64,000 nt of DNA from Mytilus edulis. Its lineage: Eukaryota. Shown piece by piece: positions 38,401-46,425 of this stretch. The notes beneath the pieces were generated by a model. That model was not told the origin of the DNA. It searched no databases and was given only the letters and a program-made list of their open reading frames with translations. The DNA is taken from positions 6,696,001 through 6,760,000 of the forward strand of contig NC_092348.1 of the NCBI RefSeq assembly GCF_963676685.1, written 5' to 3'. The position numbers were made by a program, and so were the translations under genes. The stretch's first letter is position 1. Each line of letters starts with the position of its first letter.

Positions 38401-41400
38401 ACATTAGCTTCTTTCTTTTCTTTAATACTGTAATATATGTTTGTGTTACCCAAGAATGATTCATCTTTCTGTCAGTTCAAAATTGTTTCATATCACAGAA
38501 TAAACAACAACAAAAATCTCCCAAAACAAGGTGACTTGAAGAGCACAATGTGAATTACTTATTTTTATTTTAATTATTTATATTTTCAGCCAAACAGTTA
38601 CCTCCACAAACGTAAGTATATAACGTTATTTATCATCGTTATCAACAGAGAGTTTATTTTTTAAGACTAAAGGAGGATCTTTTTTACTCCTTCTGACTTC
38701 ATTTATTTTTTACATCTTTGTTATCATGCTACAGTTATTAACAAAAACATAACACTCAACAAGAAGACAAACATAACACAAACATTATAATGAGTTATGG
38801 AAGGAAAAGTGTTGTTATATGCCATAAATCTGCACTAAAGTATAGTCTAAATTATCTGTTTATTTTATTTTCAAACTGAACAATAAAAAAAAATATGTTT
38901 CTTTCAAACACATAATATTTCTCACTAAAACCACACAGCATGGATTTCCTGTTTTAAGTAATATAAAAGAAAGAAATCGTATTTTTTAGGCGACACTCGG
39001 TGCGATTTGCAACCAACGACAAATACCAGACTGTAGCTTTTGAGTATCTAAGGTATTAACATTCCCTGCACACTAAAACCATTATACATGCTTGTTTGTT
39101 AGTCTTAGTATTACATATAGTTTAAATTATTTGCTTGATGATTTATGTTATGTTGTAGGAATATTAAAAGATGACATAAAGGACTATTTTGAGTAGACTC
39201 TTTGTGTTATCTGGTTTCAAAAATATTGTGCATGGTCCATTTTGATAAAATTTTGAATTCATACAGTTTATTTGCATAGACAATTAGTTTCTGCAGACCC
39301 TAAGGTTCTGTTCACATCAGCTGGATAGGTAAAATTACAATAAAAAAAATGATTTTTGTTTTGGTATTAATTTGTGAATGTTAGAGTAAAAAACATGTAT
39401 TGTTAGTTCATCCTCTGCTATAAAAGTGTTTCACACCCTTTTTAATTAGAGAAAAGTTATCAGATTGGACCAAACATAAGCAATTGAGATCCATATTGGA
39501 AGTTTGTTTGAAAAGTCTGATAAAAATGGATACAAATTACGAATATTTTCATTGTTAACCATTTGGCATTCTGACTTTCAAACTTTCAAATATGGATTAT
39601 AAAAACTTTCTCCAGACCTTGAAAATAAAATTAAATATGTTTCATTTGTAGATCGCCAAATATAGCAGCAAATGGACACACCAACATTCCTCCCCAGAAA
39701 CCACCTCGAGGTTATGATAACACAGGTATACAAGGATTAGATTTAGTTCAAACTCATGGAGCGCATGCTGGTGTTTCGTATATTAATCCATCTTATTCTC
39801 ATGACGATTGTGAGTAGTTGATAGCTGCTTTACTATTACCTGTACTAATATTATAACACACACAATCTAACATTCCCCAATGCACTCATTGCTCTAGTGT
39901 AGAACGCATTTTATTCAATAATTCAAATGTCAGACACGATTATAAAGTTCAATTAGGTTTCTACAACATTTTTTCTTGCAGTGTTAATTTGAATATGCCA
40001 ACAGCATTTTAATTTCAACATTTGTTTTGACATTTTACCGGTACATGTTTACAAGGATTTGTTATATAGTATAGTTTAACTTGACAAATCCTTGAATTAA
40101 TTGTTTTAATACTCACTGTAAATCTTGAATATACATGAATATTTGCCACTTGAAGTTAAGCAACAATCAATCAATTGAAACTTTGATTTTCTTTTACAAA
40201 AGACATACTTCATAGCATGAATATCCTTTGATCAAAGAAAAAAAAATGTGTAATCAATTATCTCCCCTTATTAACTGAATGATTAATTTTCTAAGAATAC
40301 TTGTGAATGCTACATGAAGGCTTAATCATCTGTACAATACTAAACCTAGAACTAAACTAAGATCACACAGTTAAGTTTAATCAGACCTTTTTCTCAGTCA
40401 TTAAGCACTGATATAATTTAAAAGAGAGAACTTGAAACTAGAAATAAAGATTGATTTTTTGAATTGATAATTGGCATTAAAAAGTAAGGAGCTTAGTATT
40501 GCACATGTTTCTTGTATCTGCTCTGACAGGATAACTCATTAGAGGATTTAATATCAATTTTCTTGTATCAAAGGTTTCTTAAATGTCAATATAAATCATA
40601 GATAGATTTCTTGATATTAAACTGCCAACGAAAAAACCTCTGTATAAACTTCATTTTACTCCAGGCAACCAATGGGTCTCATATAAACATGATAAATAGT
40701 TGTGAAAATTCTTCATCATTTAACAGAGCTTTCATTACATTTTGTCAAATGTAAATGCATAAAATCAGTTAATTTCACAGAATATGATACATAAACTTAA
40801 TCACATTTACAAGACAATGTAAGGAACTGAAGCTACTAAAAATAGCTAAGAAAAATATAAAAGTACCCCAAGAGTAAAAAGTTGGCTTTAAACTGCCACC
40901 TTTTTGTTTTAAGGAAATTGCAAATTTGAAATACCATTTGAAACACATGAACAGTATCTTTCCACATATATATGGATTGCCCTTTACTATTTGCATGTAC
41001 CTGAACAAGCATGGGGAAATAGACTTGAGGATATACAATAAATACCTTTACTTTTGAGTTTTCCATATACTAGCCACCATATTGCACCTTCTAATAGCAC
41101 CAGTAATCATTTTCGTTGTTTAAATCTGTTTATTGTAACTTGTTGTCAATAGAATTTTTCAATTAATGTTTAGATAAATGTTGTGTTTATTTCATTTTAT
41201 TATTATTTTCACCAGTGTTACTCATTGTAATTATAGTTCTTCCATTATTTCTTTTCATTCATCAGATTAATAAAACTTTCATTAATGATTCAGTGATAGA
41301 AGACTCAGGAGTTATCTACCCTGTTCCAATATTTCAACTTCCTCTTTGCATGATTTCATAATTCTGTCCTACTGTTTTCAGATTCTGAAATGAACAGAAA

Positions 41401-44063
41401 TGGTTACCCACCTTTCCCACGACATAATGGGAATGTCCCAATTGATCATGATTCATCTTATGATCCAGAATACGAAAATGAAATGAATAGGCTCAATGCC
41501 AGTAAGTTTACAAATATTTGGACAATTACGCTTTCAAAATAAGATTGCACAATAAATGTATATTAAGCACAATAACTTAAAATATCTTTTCTATATTCAA
41601 TAAAACAGGATATATACTACAATCATTATGATAAATAAAGATATGGAAAAAAGAATAGGAAAATATTTTTTTATGGATGGCCTTTACTTAAATATGTTAA
41701 AAATGGCCTTTACTTAAATATGTTAAAAATTGGTTGTTTTTCCGATTCATGTTTTAATGAATTAAGTATTTAATTTAGATCAGGTTCCAAGGTTTGGAAG
41801 TGATTTTGAGGAACAAGGCAAGAATACTTTAAATTTAATTTGATTCATCCTGGTTATTGTGACACAAGTAAACTGGAATAAGGGTTTATAATGGGTCAAC
41901 TTGATGGTTTCAATTTTGGTTGCACTTTGTCCAGAATTCTGTTCATATTATTTGCAAATAGCTACACATGTTATTATTTTAAAAAGCATAGATGTTTTTA
42001 TCACCACAAAGCTTAGGTCATACTTTATTTAGTATAGAACATGAGATTTAGAAAAATAAGAATGTTTTTATGTTGATGTTAGTTCACTGCTTGATTGTTA
42101 TTAGTGTTTTGTCATGAAATCATTTCATCATCACCTGATAAATGTTTCACACCCCATATATGTTTATGTACACACCTTTTTATATCAATTTTATCCACCA
42201 TGTACACATTTTTGGACAGTTTCCCTACATATATTCAATGCCATTTACATCCACTATACTTATGGGATGACTTTTTGGATTTCGTACCTCAAAGTGTCAA
42301 TTTATTCGTGCATGAAACTTCCACAGACTTTTATTTTTTCAAACCTAATATGGGGTCAGTGGAAAGATCTTTTGTGCTTTTCAGATTTTGTAATTGGGTT
42401 TCTATACTTTATTCTAAGAAATCAAAGAAAACAGTGCATTTTATTGAATATTAAAGCCAATGACTAAAAGTTTAGAACCTGTTTAAAACATCATTAACAA
42501 GAAATTGTCAGTCGGATGGCATAAAAAATCAATATACTGTATGACATTTTTTTTAAGATGTCATACAAAAAAAATGTCATACAGATTGTCTTTCACTGTC
42601 TATGACATTAAGTCTGAATTATCCAAAGTTCTCATCTCTTACTGAGAAAAACAAAATATTAAGCTGTTCTGATTTTTCTATGATTTAGATTTCATATTTC
42701 TCATGTTTAAAAAAAAATATTCTGAAAATAGGTGTTTTCAATTTTTTTATTTGTTTGAAAATTGCTTTCCACTTGTTATTTTTTTTTATACTAATCATAC
42801 AAAAGAGACACACTAAAGGGGTAAATTCTATATTGAGAAAAGCTAAGGATAATTTGGAGTTTAAGAGTTATTATTTTGACCCTGCAAGAAGACATCACAA
42901 TACTCATCGCTAGTAAAAGACAGTTCAATTTCTAGTAAAAAAATGAAATTTTGCTGTTATTTATAAACTTTGATTTTACTCTTGAGTTTTGTATTGAAAT
43001 GGATGGTTTGATTTCAATTTATCATAGGACATTACTGTGTGTCCACATTTTGCTTCATGCTTTGATTTGACTATGTTTGATTACTGTAATTTTGTGGTAA
43101 CAGTTATGGCTGCTGTGTTAATGATATTGACTTAACAAGTTTTATTACATATCTATATTTTAATACAAAACTTTTCATGTTGATATTCACCATCATTCAT
43201 GAGACTTCATACATAACATGTTTTAGAATGGCCCACTGTAAGCTTTGCTGTAGTGTGAATAATTATACTAACCTTTAACTTTCTTCATTTTCAGATAAGT
43301 CCAATTATTTTAATGAAAAGCAAGGAGGTAAGAAACATAATAAAAGTTAAAATGATATCAATGTAGTCAAGAAACAAAAATATGTTAATTAATGTGTCAC
43401 AGAAAAAAATGCAGCTTTTGGGTGCCAAAATTAAAAGAGGAAAATTTTATTGTTAAATTTGAACTCAAATGGAAATTAAGTAAATCTATCTTGTTATCAA
43501 TGATTTTGTAACAAGCTTGATCAGCAAAATTCTACATCACAATTTGAGCCATAGATTTTTATGTCGACCATGACAGTTGTTGATAAAGACCTACAAATGT
43601 TTTACTTTCTACTACCAAGAATCAGTCTGCTTATAAAATATTTCTGTGTATTCTTATCAGACCTGTCAGTCAGAAAACTTATAAATACCATCTTTATTTC
43701 TGGATGATTGTACTAGATACAGGTCTCAGATATATGACGAGAACAAAAAAAAATAAAACTAAATTGAAGTAAGGGAAAGTAAAAAAAAGGATAGTAAATG
43801 TTGCAAAGGATTATCATGATTATTGGACAGGGTTAACAGGAAATTAATGTTTTAAAGTATCAATTATTTGATAACCATATAACCTTTCTTTTTCAGACAT
43901 TTCATTTACTGGTTCACCAAGATCACCAATTAAAGACAAACAATATATAGACATGTCTTCAGAACATAGAAAAGGAGATTTAATCAATGGACAAGAAAGT
44001 GGCTACAATACTCCCGATAACCCAAAACCACCAAAAAAGGTTATTTATGAAGTTGTTGTATAA
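2416..44063 (+). CDS. ed: Echinoid/fred-like IgSF adhesion receptor (SP-7xIg-FN3-FN3-like-TM-cytoplasmic tail), 22 coding exons, ~1128 aa
   Basis: 22 exons with GT(GC)-AG borders join in frame (3387 nt including stop). Seven Ig domains with C...W...Y-x-C, an FN3, and a TM helix followed by RRR. The C-terminus QESGYNTPDNPKPPKKVIYEVVV* resembles the Drosophila Echinoid end (ESGYSTP...RVIREIIV, recalled from memory). Orthology is untested. Confidence 0.8.
6220..6525 (+). CDS. ed-like exon 2: Ig1
   Basis: tttcag|...LTC...VTW...DDDYTC...VL|gttagt; 306 nt, phase 1-1. Confidence 0.92.
7264..7566 (+). CDS. ed-like exon 3: Ig2 (CD80-like C2 type)
   Basis: LTCSSSGGNPPPEFTW...YSC; 303 nt; donor gtaagt. 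Confidence 0.92.
7726..7896. mobile_element. Small MITE (Tc1/mariner-like termini)
   Basis: TIR ctgtggattcatt / aatgaatccacag, followed by TA on the right side. Confidence 0.65.
8551..8688 (+). CDS. ed-like exon 4: Ig3 N-half
   Basis: tttgtag|YHPRITF...LTCNVSANPQVNSISWTKDG...|gtaag; 138 nt; not in the ORF track. Confidence 0.9.
9446..9574 (+). CDS. ed-like exon 5: Ig3 C-half
   Basis: ...KTDSGSYSCSSSN...VNVL|gtaagt; 129 nt. Confidence 0.9.
10129..10404 (+). CDS. ed-like exon 6: Ig4
   Basis: YPPVITI...ITCNVDAYP...RW...KGNYSC...|gtaagt; 276 nt. Confidence 0.92.
10921..11007 (+). CDS. ed-like exon 7: Ig5 N-part
   Basis: YSPGSSNI...LTLTCSVSDP|gtaat; 87 nt. Confidence 0.88.
11423..11599 (+). 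CDS. ed-like exon 8: Ig5 C-part
   Basis: ttttaag|GYPAPTYEW...DNGNYSC...|gtgagt; 177 nt; AAG acceptor. Confidence 0.88.
11945..12169 (+). CDS. ed-like exon 9: Ig6 N-part
   Basis: EKP...LQCKVRGRPEPLIQWYKNG...|gtaat; 225 nt. Confidence 0.9.
12792..12899 (+). CDS. ed-like exon 10: Ig6 C-part
   Basis: GSDR...SDVASYIC...|gtaagt; 108 nt. Confidence 0.85.
13295..13588 (+). CDS. ed-like exon 11: Ig7
   Basis: FPPTI...LKCFGEGYPVPNFVW...DFGPYSC...|gtaagt; 294 nt. Confidence 0.92.
14760..14951 (+). CDS. ed-like exon 12: FN3 N-part
   Basis: KPEAP...LRWTPGFNGG...|gtgagt; 192 nt. Confidence 0.92.
15292..15387 (+). CDS. ed-like exon 13: FN3 C-part
   Basis: NLLPSTAYVFQVCGYNELGEG...|gtgagt; 96 nt. Confidence 0.9.
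15825..16103 (+). CDS. ed-like exon 14: membrane-proximal Cys-containing (degenerate FN3-like) domain
   Basis: tttcag|GYTF...FC...W...EC...LC...VC...RI|gtaagt; 279 nt. Confidence 0.85.
16729..16813. repeat. 36-bp tandem duplication (~2.3 copies)
   Basis: aataactctgttttgcctaatgtttatgtcagggg repeated. Confidence 0.85.
20551..20740. mobile_element. Foldback/MITE-like palindrome with 91-bp arms and 8-nt loop
   Basis: 20551-20641 is the reverse complement of 20650-20740 with 4 mismatches; TA at both ends. Confidence 0.85.
26020..26704. mobile_element. Non-autonomous DNA transposon with TTAA TSD (Kolobok-like)
   Basis: TTAA|AGGGGCACTAGCT ... AGCTAGTGCTCCT|TTAA; 13-bp TIR with 1 mismatch. AG termini plus TTAA fit Kolobok rather than piggyBac. 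Confidence 0.85.
29586..31355 (+). CDS. LINE ORF1 (589 aa; coiled coil plus C-terminal RRM-like domain)
   Basis: Heptad segment LQLLIERVNGLEN...; C-terminal RFYITNI...FWPNNIICRPW is typical of LINE ORF1 proteins. Confidence 0.85.
   Translation: MATCCGRPPDSGQNSNYNDDSTSPTFSELVSVRLNSNLEGKTNGTLPKTDAIDVLNSSQCDQWFESQNVNNDISLSNSQDSITFSQDSYIPSQQTIMYLDKVLDGLPREKYIDMIVHTLKGNESLVTWYRNILLSRAGEIEGCPKGKLCNRKTTNKSSSIQKYAKDCYILQMFTEGDASEIDSVFSRSVNSTSDNLHNDTICEQNPVNQVDINSTLQLLIERVNGLENILKSKDGIEKKLKAKIEELENVIDDNKRQFELLKAEITPKIVKFESELKTMSWLASDVGEFNFMAHSSKMKEIESEIKQNRIAITSLQKTFRKNQPVLNPKILVNKQPSTKGTSEHMSTPICPVNTNKSTVSNVSIDSLITTEIDRMMYQIDPQQSDPIIPGAYDSVDFLEHCGKRPTEIIETDNNADLITPSCGKEIAKATNTNIKCDSYRDKLLEGINEKANCVVTKLAKPLEPAFQIPVRINGSHHDPKPANENFTGVSRKRTSRFYITNIDPSSSKEGLLSYAKQRGVNITHVILFKPRKGRISGRINVTMESKELLQNSEFWPNNIICRPWYNNRAWNDRINNENSTEPHHYQDGS
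31345..34794 (+). CDS. LINE ORF2: APE endonuclease, reverse transcriptase and CCHC knuckle
   Basis: APE motifs TWNVRG, LSEH, VYLP, AGDFN, LDY, SDH; RT motifs KAPGYD, NYRPISLL, QGF, AFDTV, GVRQGGVLS, FADD, KHLG; C-x2-C-x9-H-x4-C near the end. First ATG at 31345 (alternative 31396). Confidence 0.96.
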   Translation: MALSYIHVHSRYLITIIMLSLVTWNVRGIMSSSVCLSELFKYTNCDIAVLSEHKLFNHSLQFLNTLDNNYHSLGIADTSVNIETSKCGKGGVAIMYKKTLKFNIKPINCPVSERILGIEIQCNENYSIFVFSVYLPADSNIQNYKYEMNIVEDYVSNFSKFGPVIVAGDFNTSCRVTDLGRTNVNKSIVFSDFMLRNNIIPVNASTLRDASSFTYIPTRTLLDYFLVSEELAGDVISCENIPEGTLSLTSDHLPVFLKLSIPYVCNSTNSCNNVWPSWRKASESSLGAYNELTNKIADQLLDLPLCNLSDLDTLACKLTDKLKDCANETIPSGSFNPKTKPYWSDEVKQAHTAERLARRKWINQGRPRGANFPSYVEYKSAKNEFRNRQRFAYNAYMDNTYREIDEAAECDVRLFWRLISRQKNRKTNQISEILHHNRKCKSPEDISNAFADFYADVYTPTENSKFDNDFKVHVTEFVDRTLESCATNNGLLPGGEITLYEIETVVRNLKLRKAPGYDKLQNEHVRYSGKKLHTVILRIFNAVIRFGRSPLCWKHGLLIPLFKGNGKSKQAPENYRPISLLPIMYKLFETILKKRLLTSLQNDLFPNLQQQGFLNGLSCITASFNFQETIYYLLELGCKLYVAFLDSSRAFDTVWHSGLIYKLYQLGINSKALQVISDCYSDITSAVYVNEHVSVPFKVRQGVRQGGVLSTILYLVYINDLLNELELVGTANISNIRTSNPSFADDVVCIGTSPQRLQNMLNCAYDYSLKWRFEFNPLKSVILGYRTELDLVFNLGDKSVNISTETKHLGILRTVDLSPSTDIQHSCRKGRNAYFAIAGTGSCLLNPLTVCGLYNKIVIPVVLYGCELWNGIKPKDLRCLETFQHFIVKHIQGFPKRTRSDMCESMTNLERLPILVEKRKLMFLYKLCEMKAQSLTKQIFIYRLFQYFGDTSRKQHGFIPDVTNILSKYSLLNFLNSYMFTGCFPTKLQWKNIVNGAINQHEKHRKEERMRSDNDFTRFLRLSENNGYDFIWQYAKYTGRLRTAKHVAKLWSTPPTSGNCNLCGHFVQDTLYHQITMCTELQTQRHLLYKRLSEMTSDNFLYTLLSKSDEYVSCFLLGNHEEALLDFLTPEHCLDVLNEGFSYLTYCRL
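37304..37426 (+). CDS. ed-like exon 15: transmembrane helix
   Basis: SSSSTPDLTETEVIIIGCVCAAILVALLTVLVCIICRRRNL; tttcag acceptor, AG|gtaag donor; 123 nt, phase 1-1. Confidence 0.9.
38117..38305. repeat. 39-bp minisatellite, ~5 copies
   Basis: atgtgtataattgacatagatatgtacacaatgtatcaa in tandem. Confidence 0.95.
38590..38611 (+). CDS. ed-like exon 16: 22-nt microexon (AKQLPPQT)
   Basis: ttttcag|...|gtaagt; needed to convert phase 1 to phase 2. Confidence 0.8.
38990..39052 (+). CDS. ed-like exon 17: 63-nt symmetric, probably optional exon (RHSVRFATNDKYQTVAFEYLR)
   Basis: tttttag|...AAG|gtatt; open in frame, phase 2-2, GC-richer than its flanks. Confidence 0.6.
39652..39809 (+). CDS. ed-like exon 18: cytoplasmic (PPQKPPR, YDN, YINPSY)
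   Basis: tttgtag|...|gtgagt; phase 2-1; internal in-phase donor at 39725. Confidence 0.8.
40118..40175 (+). repeat. Dispersed short repeat (retroposon 3' tail-like)
   Basis: catgaa(a)tatttgccactg...ttaagcaac...aatcaatc; related copies at ~10620-10655 (+), ~22210-22270 (-) and ~46920-46970 (+). Confidence 0.6.
41382..41501 (+). CDS. ed-like exon 19: cytoplasmic (YSEM...EYENEM)
   Basis: ttttcag|...|gtaagt; 120 nt, phase 1-1. Confidence 0.85.
41779..41817 (+). CDS. ed-like exon 20: 39-nt exon (NQVPRFGSDFEEQ) with GC donor
   Basis: tttag|...AAG|gcaaga; symmetric and open in frame. Confidence 0.55.
43295..43327 (+). CDS. ed-like exon 21: 33-nt exon (DKSNYFNEKQG)
   Basis: TACTAAC branch at 43266, long pyrimidine tract, ttttcag acceptor, GAG|gtaaga donor. 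Confidence 0.75.
43897..44063 (+). CDS. ed-like exon 22: terminal coding exon ending VIYEVVV* (PDZ-binding motif)
   Basis: tttttcag|DISF...YIDM...ESGYNTP...VIYEVVV TAA. Confidence 0.88.
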
Positions 44064-45095
44064 ATTGTCTCCCTTGACTGATGTTGTTTGTTTTATGCAA
44101 CACTTCAACGTGTCTTCTTCAGATGTTTTCATCCATGACCTTTTAACCTTTGTGCTTTATATTTTGGGTTATTTCTCGGCATGGATTTGTGCTCTTATAT
44201 CCATAACTTTTTATGGATAGAAAAACCATTTCTATAATGTTGTGATTGCCGATTTAACTGTTGTCTGCACAATTGACTGGTAAATTTCCATACCTTGTTG
44301 TGGATAAGATGGATAGTAAAACGGATGAGAAATGGTCCAAGTAAGAGAATGCACATTGCATGAATGTTTTGTTACTCTTCCTGAAGAAGTACAATGGATG
44401 ATCGAAATAAGCTTTTAAAAAGTGCAATTAAAATACAATAATAAGGAGAAATGGTGATCTCCGGAAGGAAAAATACATTTATACGCAATAACTTCCTACA
44501 TTATGGAGAAAACAAATATGCATACTTTTCAGGTGAAAGAAACTTCATTACATGATTGCCTCATTTGCCATTTTTATCATAATTTCATTTGTATACATCA
44601 TGAATCATGTGACTTAATGCATAGAATTATTCTGCACAAAATGAATCCAAAGGATTGTATTGGTGCTTTTGTATATGGAGATTATAAATGCAGTGAATGA
44701 GAATGTGTGAAGTCTGTTGCTGTATGGATATTTTCTGGTGCTTAGCATAAACAATGACCAACCATTTTAGTTTTTTAGTCTTTTTGGAATGTTATTGTAT
44801 TTCAGCATCTGTCTCTTACAAGAACTGTTTGGCTTTTCTTTTTAAACATAATAGTTTTGCATAATGGCTTGAAAAGTTAAAAAGTTTTATAGTTATAAAG
44901 TAGTCGCGTTTTTGTTCAATATTCAAGAATCAGTTGGAGAAAAGTTTTGCCAATTTTTTTAAGCAGGAATTATCAGTTAAAGTAATAAAAAAAATGGTTA
45001 TGATTATCTTACTCTTTTGGAATATTTCAATGATTTCTTTACTTTATTCCAATAAGGATTTTAAAGAAATTACTAATTACCATATATATCAAAAT

Positions 45096-45193
45096 GTTGA
45101 AGACCTGTTGGTGACCTACTGCTGTTGGTTTTTTTCTATGGTCGGGTTGTTGTCTCTTTGGCACATTCCCTATTTCCATTCTCAATTTTATTA
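45096..45193 (-). repeat. Dispersed repeat fragment
   Basis: Reverse complement of aaaattgagaatggaaa..gggaat..gtc..agagacaac, also present at ~57594-57642 (+). Confidence 0.65.
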
Positions 45194-46419
45194 AACAAAC
45201 GTCCATTATTTCATGAAGATCAAAATTATTTTTATGAGTTGTAGAGTGTATGTTATATGGGATTATGAATGTTTGAATAAATGAATGTGAAGTTTTGATC
45301 ACAAAGGGCTTTAAAAGCTTGAAAAACAAATGTGTGTATGTGACTTAAGAATATTTTTGATAAAACAATATTGAATACACAAATCTCAAAAAGAAATATG
45401 TTTTCAATATAAACTTTCAACTTGTTATCCCAATCTAGCTATCTGTGAAGAATAATATGAAAAATTTCTTTTTCTATGGACCAAGATGACAAAATAATTG
45501 TCCCCCTTAGTTATTTGGAAAGGTAGATAAATGAATATTTGTTTATATCTATGAAGAATGATAAACATTCAAAAGTTGCCTCCCTTTATTTTATCCACTA
45601 ATCCACTAGGCTGTATAATAAATAGCCCACTTATAGTTCTAATTGCAAAAAGGAAAAATTATGATATTTCAAATTGGTAAGTCACTTCAAAAAGCAACAG
45701 ACATGTGAGCCATATATCTCACTTTTTCTTGATCATTTTTCTAAATTTATCCAAACCAGTCTGAAACATACTTTATCTCCCTTTCTATTTTCAAATAACT
45801 GGCAAACAAAAAAGATTTCAGACATGAAAATCTTGCAGCAACTGTAAATGATGTTTGTTTTAACTCGATTCAACGGCATTTATTATAGAGTAAATGTATG
45901 GTTTGAATATCTGCGAGCTAAATGCCATATTGTATAAATGATTGTTAATTTAATTAGAATAATGATAAATAGTTAGAATAATTAGCAAATATCAAAATAA
46001 GTTATTTTTCTCAACTAAACTATAACTAAAGTATTAACCCTGATATTGTAAAAGGAAAGATACTACAAAATCTTTAAACATCTAAAGAATCTTGTTTATA
46101 AACTAATATTTATTTCAAATATTTTGTTTACAAAACATAATGTGAATTAAAGTTTTAAGTAATTTAATTGTAATTTAATAAAGTTGGTATGTTAAGATTT
46201 TTATTTATGAAATATTTGTTCAATTTTTACCAGTTTTAAATGTTAACAATGTTTTTATTAAAGTTAAATTTCATGTTCTTAATTACAATTGTTACTCTGT
46301 TCCCAATTGTTTTGGAGAGAAGTATTTTGGTCATCACACATTAAGTGCATGAGTTTTATATATTGTATTATGTAGCATATGTATTATAAATTTTTATATG
46401 AAACATTTGTTGAGAAAAA

Positions 46420-46425
46420 AATAAA
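46420..46425 (+). terminator. Candidate poly(A) signal of the ed-like gene (~2.4-kb 3' UTR)
   Basis: AATAAA after a U-rich UTR-like stretch, followed by a GT/T-rich segment; other AATAAA hexamers exist nearby. Confidence 0.35.

Noticed and set aside
43987-44220. 77-aa + strand ORF
   Set aside because: Out-of-frame overlap of exon 22 and the 3' UTR.
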